Part shown: in pieces, positions 63,223 to 64,000 of the stretch
Numbering within the stretch: position 1 is the first letter of the stretch
Layout of the letters: every line of letters starts with the position of its first letter
Source of the DNA: Candidatus Levyibacteriota bacterium
Lineage (GTDB): Bacteria > Patescibacteriota > Microgenomatia > Levybacterales > UBA12049
DNA length: 64,000 nt
Reading direction: 5' to 3'
NCBI GenBank assembly: GCA_043823085.1
Contig: JBDRBE010000004.1
Location: 69,510 to 133,509 of the forward strand
Position numbers and translations under genes: made by a program
The notes under the pieces: generated by a model
Database searches by the model: none
Seen by the model: the letters and a program-made list of their open reading frames with translations, nothing else
Told to the model about the DNA's origin: nothing

Positions 63223-64000
63223 ATGTGGCAAGATATTAAAAATATATATCATCTTTTTAATGCTGTTTTGGCAAATGGTTTATATGGGTTTCCGTCCAGG
63301 AAATTGACCGTAATTGGGGTTACAGGGACAGACGGAAAGACCACAACTGTTAATTTAATTTATCATATTCTTCAAAAAGCAGGACGCCATGCTTCGATGA
63401 TTTCTTCAATTGGCGCAATTATTAATGGAAAAGCATCAGACATTGGTTTTCACGTAACTACGCCGTCTCCCTGGAGTCTGCAAAAATTTATTAAGAAAGC
63501 CAAAGGTTTTTTGGTTCTTGAAGTTACTTCGCATGCGCTTGATCAACACAGAGTTTGGGGGATAAAGTTTGATGTTGGAGTTTTGACAAATGTTACGCAT
63601 GAGCACCTAGATTACCACAAAACATATGAAAACTACGTCAGAACTAAATCTAGGCTGTTTGGGATGGCAAAAAAAGCAGTTATTAATAGAGATGATAAGT
63701 CGTTCAAAGCTCCCGCCTTCGCCCCTTCGACTCCGCTCAGGGCTTCGGCGGGCAAGCAAAATTCAAAGCTAATAACTTATGGCATGAGTAAGAGTGCGGA
63801 TTTAAACCCTCAAAATTTCCCTTTTGAGACAAAATTGCTTGGAGAGTTCAACCGGTATAATATTTTGGCTGCAGTTGGGGCGTGTAAAGCCTTAGGTTTA
63901 AGCGATAAAGAGATAAGAGAGGGAATTGAAGGTTTTGAAGCGCCAAAAGGAAGAGGAGAAATAGTTTATGAAAATAGTTTTTATGTGATGATAGATTTTG
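63223..64000 (+). CDS. murE: Mur ligase (UDP-N-acetylmuramoyl-tripeptide synthetase MurE-like), 3' partial, with an internal GC-rich insert
   Basis: VIGVTGTDGKTTT P-loop and LTNVTHEHLDYH. Open to the window end. Absent from the ORF track because it has no stop. Confidence 0.75.
   Translation, partial: MWQDIKNIYHLFNAVLANGLYGFPSRKLTVIGVTGTDGKTTTVNLIYHILQKAGRHASMISSIGAIINGKASDIGFHVTTPSPWSLQKFIKKAKGFLVLEVTSHALDQHRVWGIKFDVGVLTNVTHEHLDYHKTYENYVRTKSRLFGMAKKAVINRDDKSFKAPAFAPSTPLRASAGKQNSKLITYGMSKSADLNPQNFPFETKLLGEFNRYNILAAVGACKALGLSDKEIREGIEGFEAPKGRGEIVYENSFYVMIDF
63722..63771 (+). repeat. GC-rich palindromic 50-nt insert inside murE, flanked by the 9-nt direct repeat TTCAAAGCT
   Basis: cccgcc...ggcggg terminal inverted repeats. 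Direct repeats at 63713-63721 and 63772-63780. Encodes the Ala/Pro-rich APAFAPSTPLRASAGKQ. Confidence 0.5.

Noticed and set aside
63713-63780. Clean target-site duplication model for the murE insert
   Set aside because: Repeat-to-repeat distance is 59 nt, not a multiple of 3, yet the ORF is intact. So simple insertion plus TSD cannot be the whole story. Kept as a finding with a caveat rather than called a mobile element.

Overview
The window is AT-rich and tightly packed, almost entirely on the + strand. About 55 kb of it (roughly 0.9-55.8 kb) is a cell-surface glycan biosynthesis and glycosylation supercluster. It sits next to recO, an AbrB-like mini-ORF, a glycyl-tRNA synthetase of the alpha2 type, and the start of a dcw cell-division cluster (mraZ-rsmH-ftsL-ftsI-[insert]-murE).

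The glycan cluster contains:
- Nucleotide-sugar enzymes: rfbF-like glucose-1-P cytidylyltransferase, Ugd-family dehydrogenase, a UXS/ArnA-like SDR decarboxylase, a Cap5E/FnlA-Cap5F-FnlC type UDP-L-FucNAc module, a DegT aminotransferase, a sugar formyltransferase, an LmbE deacetylase, ManC, and an IMPase-family phosphatase.
- At least 9 SAM-dependent methyltransferases, including two TcaB9-like sugar C-methyltransferases.
- About 14 GT-A/GT-B glycosyltransferases, a PglC-like initiating phosphoglycosyltransferase, and a GtrB/ArnC-like polyprenyl-phosphate glycosyltransferase.
- Many polytopic membrane proteins: three YfhO-like paralogs with conserved termini, an ArnT/PMT-like GT-C, a 1074-aa giant, and small 4-TM GtrA-like proteins.

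The most unusual signals, treated as separate findings:
- Perfect tandem heptanucleotide repeats (AAATATC, AAAAATC, ATCTCAA, CTATTTG, AATTTCA; 3-5 copies) embedded in-frame inside glycosyltransferase and membrane-protein genes at homologous positions. These are candidate slipped-strand contingency loci or recombination joints.
- An A10 tract that splits one C-methyltransferase.
- GC-rich palindromic elements inserted in-frame into an AT-rich GT4 gene and into murE.
- A probable small island inside the dcw cluster.
- A textbook MraZ operator upstream of mraZ.

The lineage guess (Patescibacteria/CPR-like or another reduced AT-rich bacterium) is inference only.
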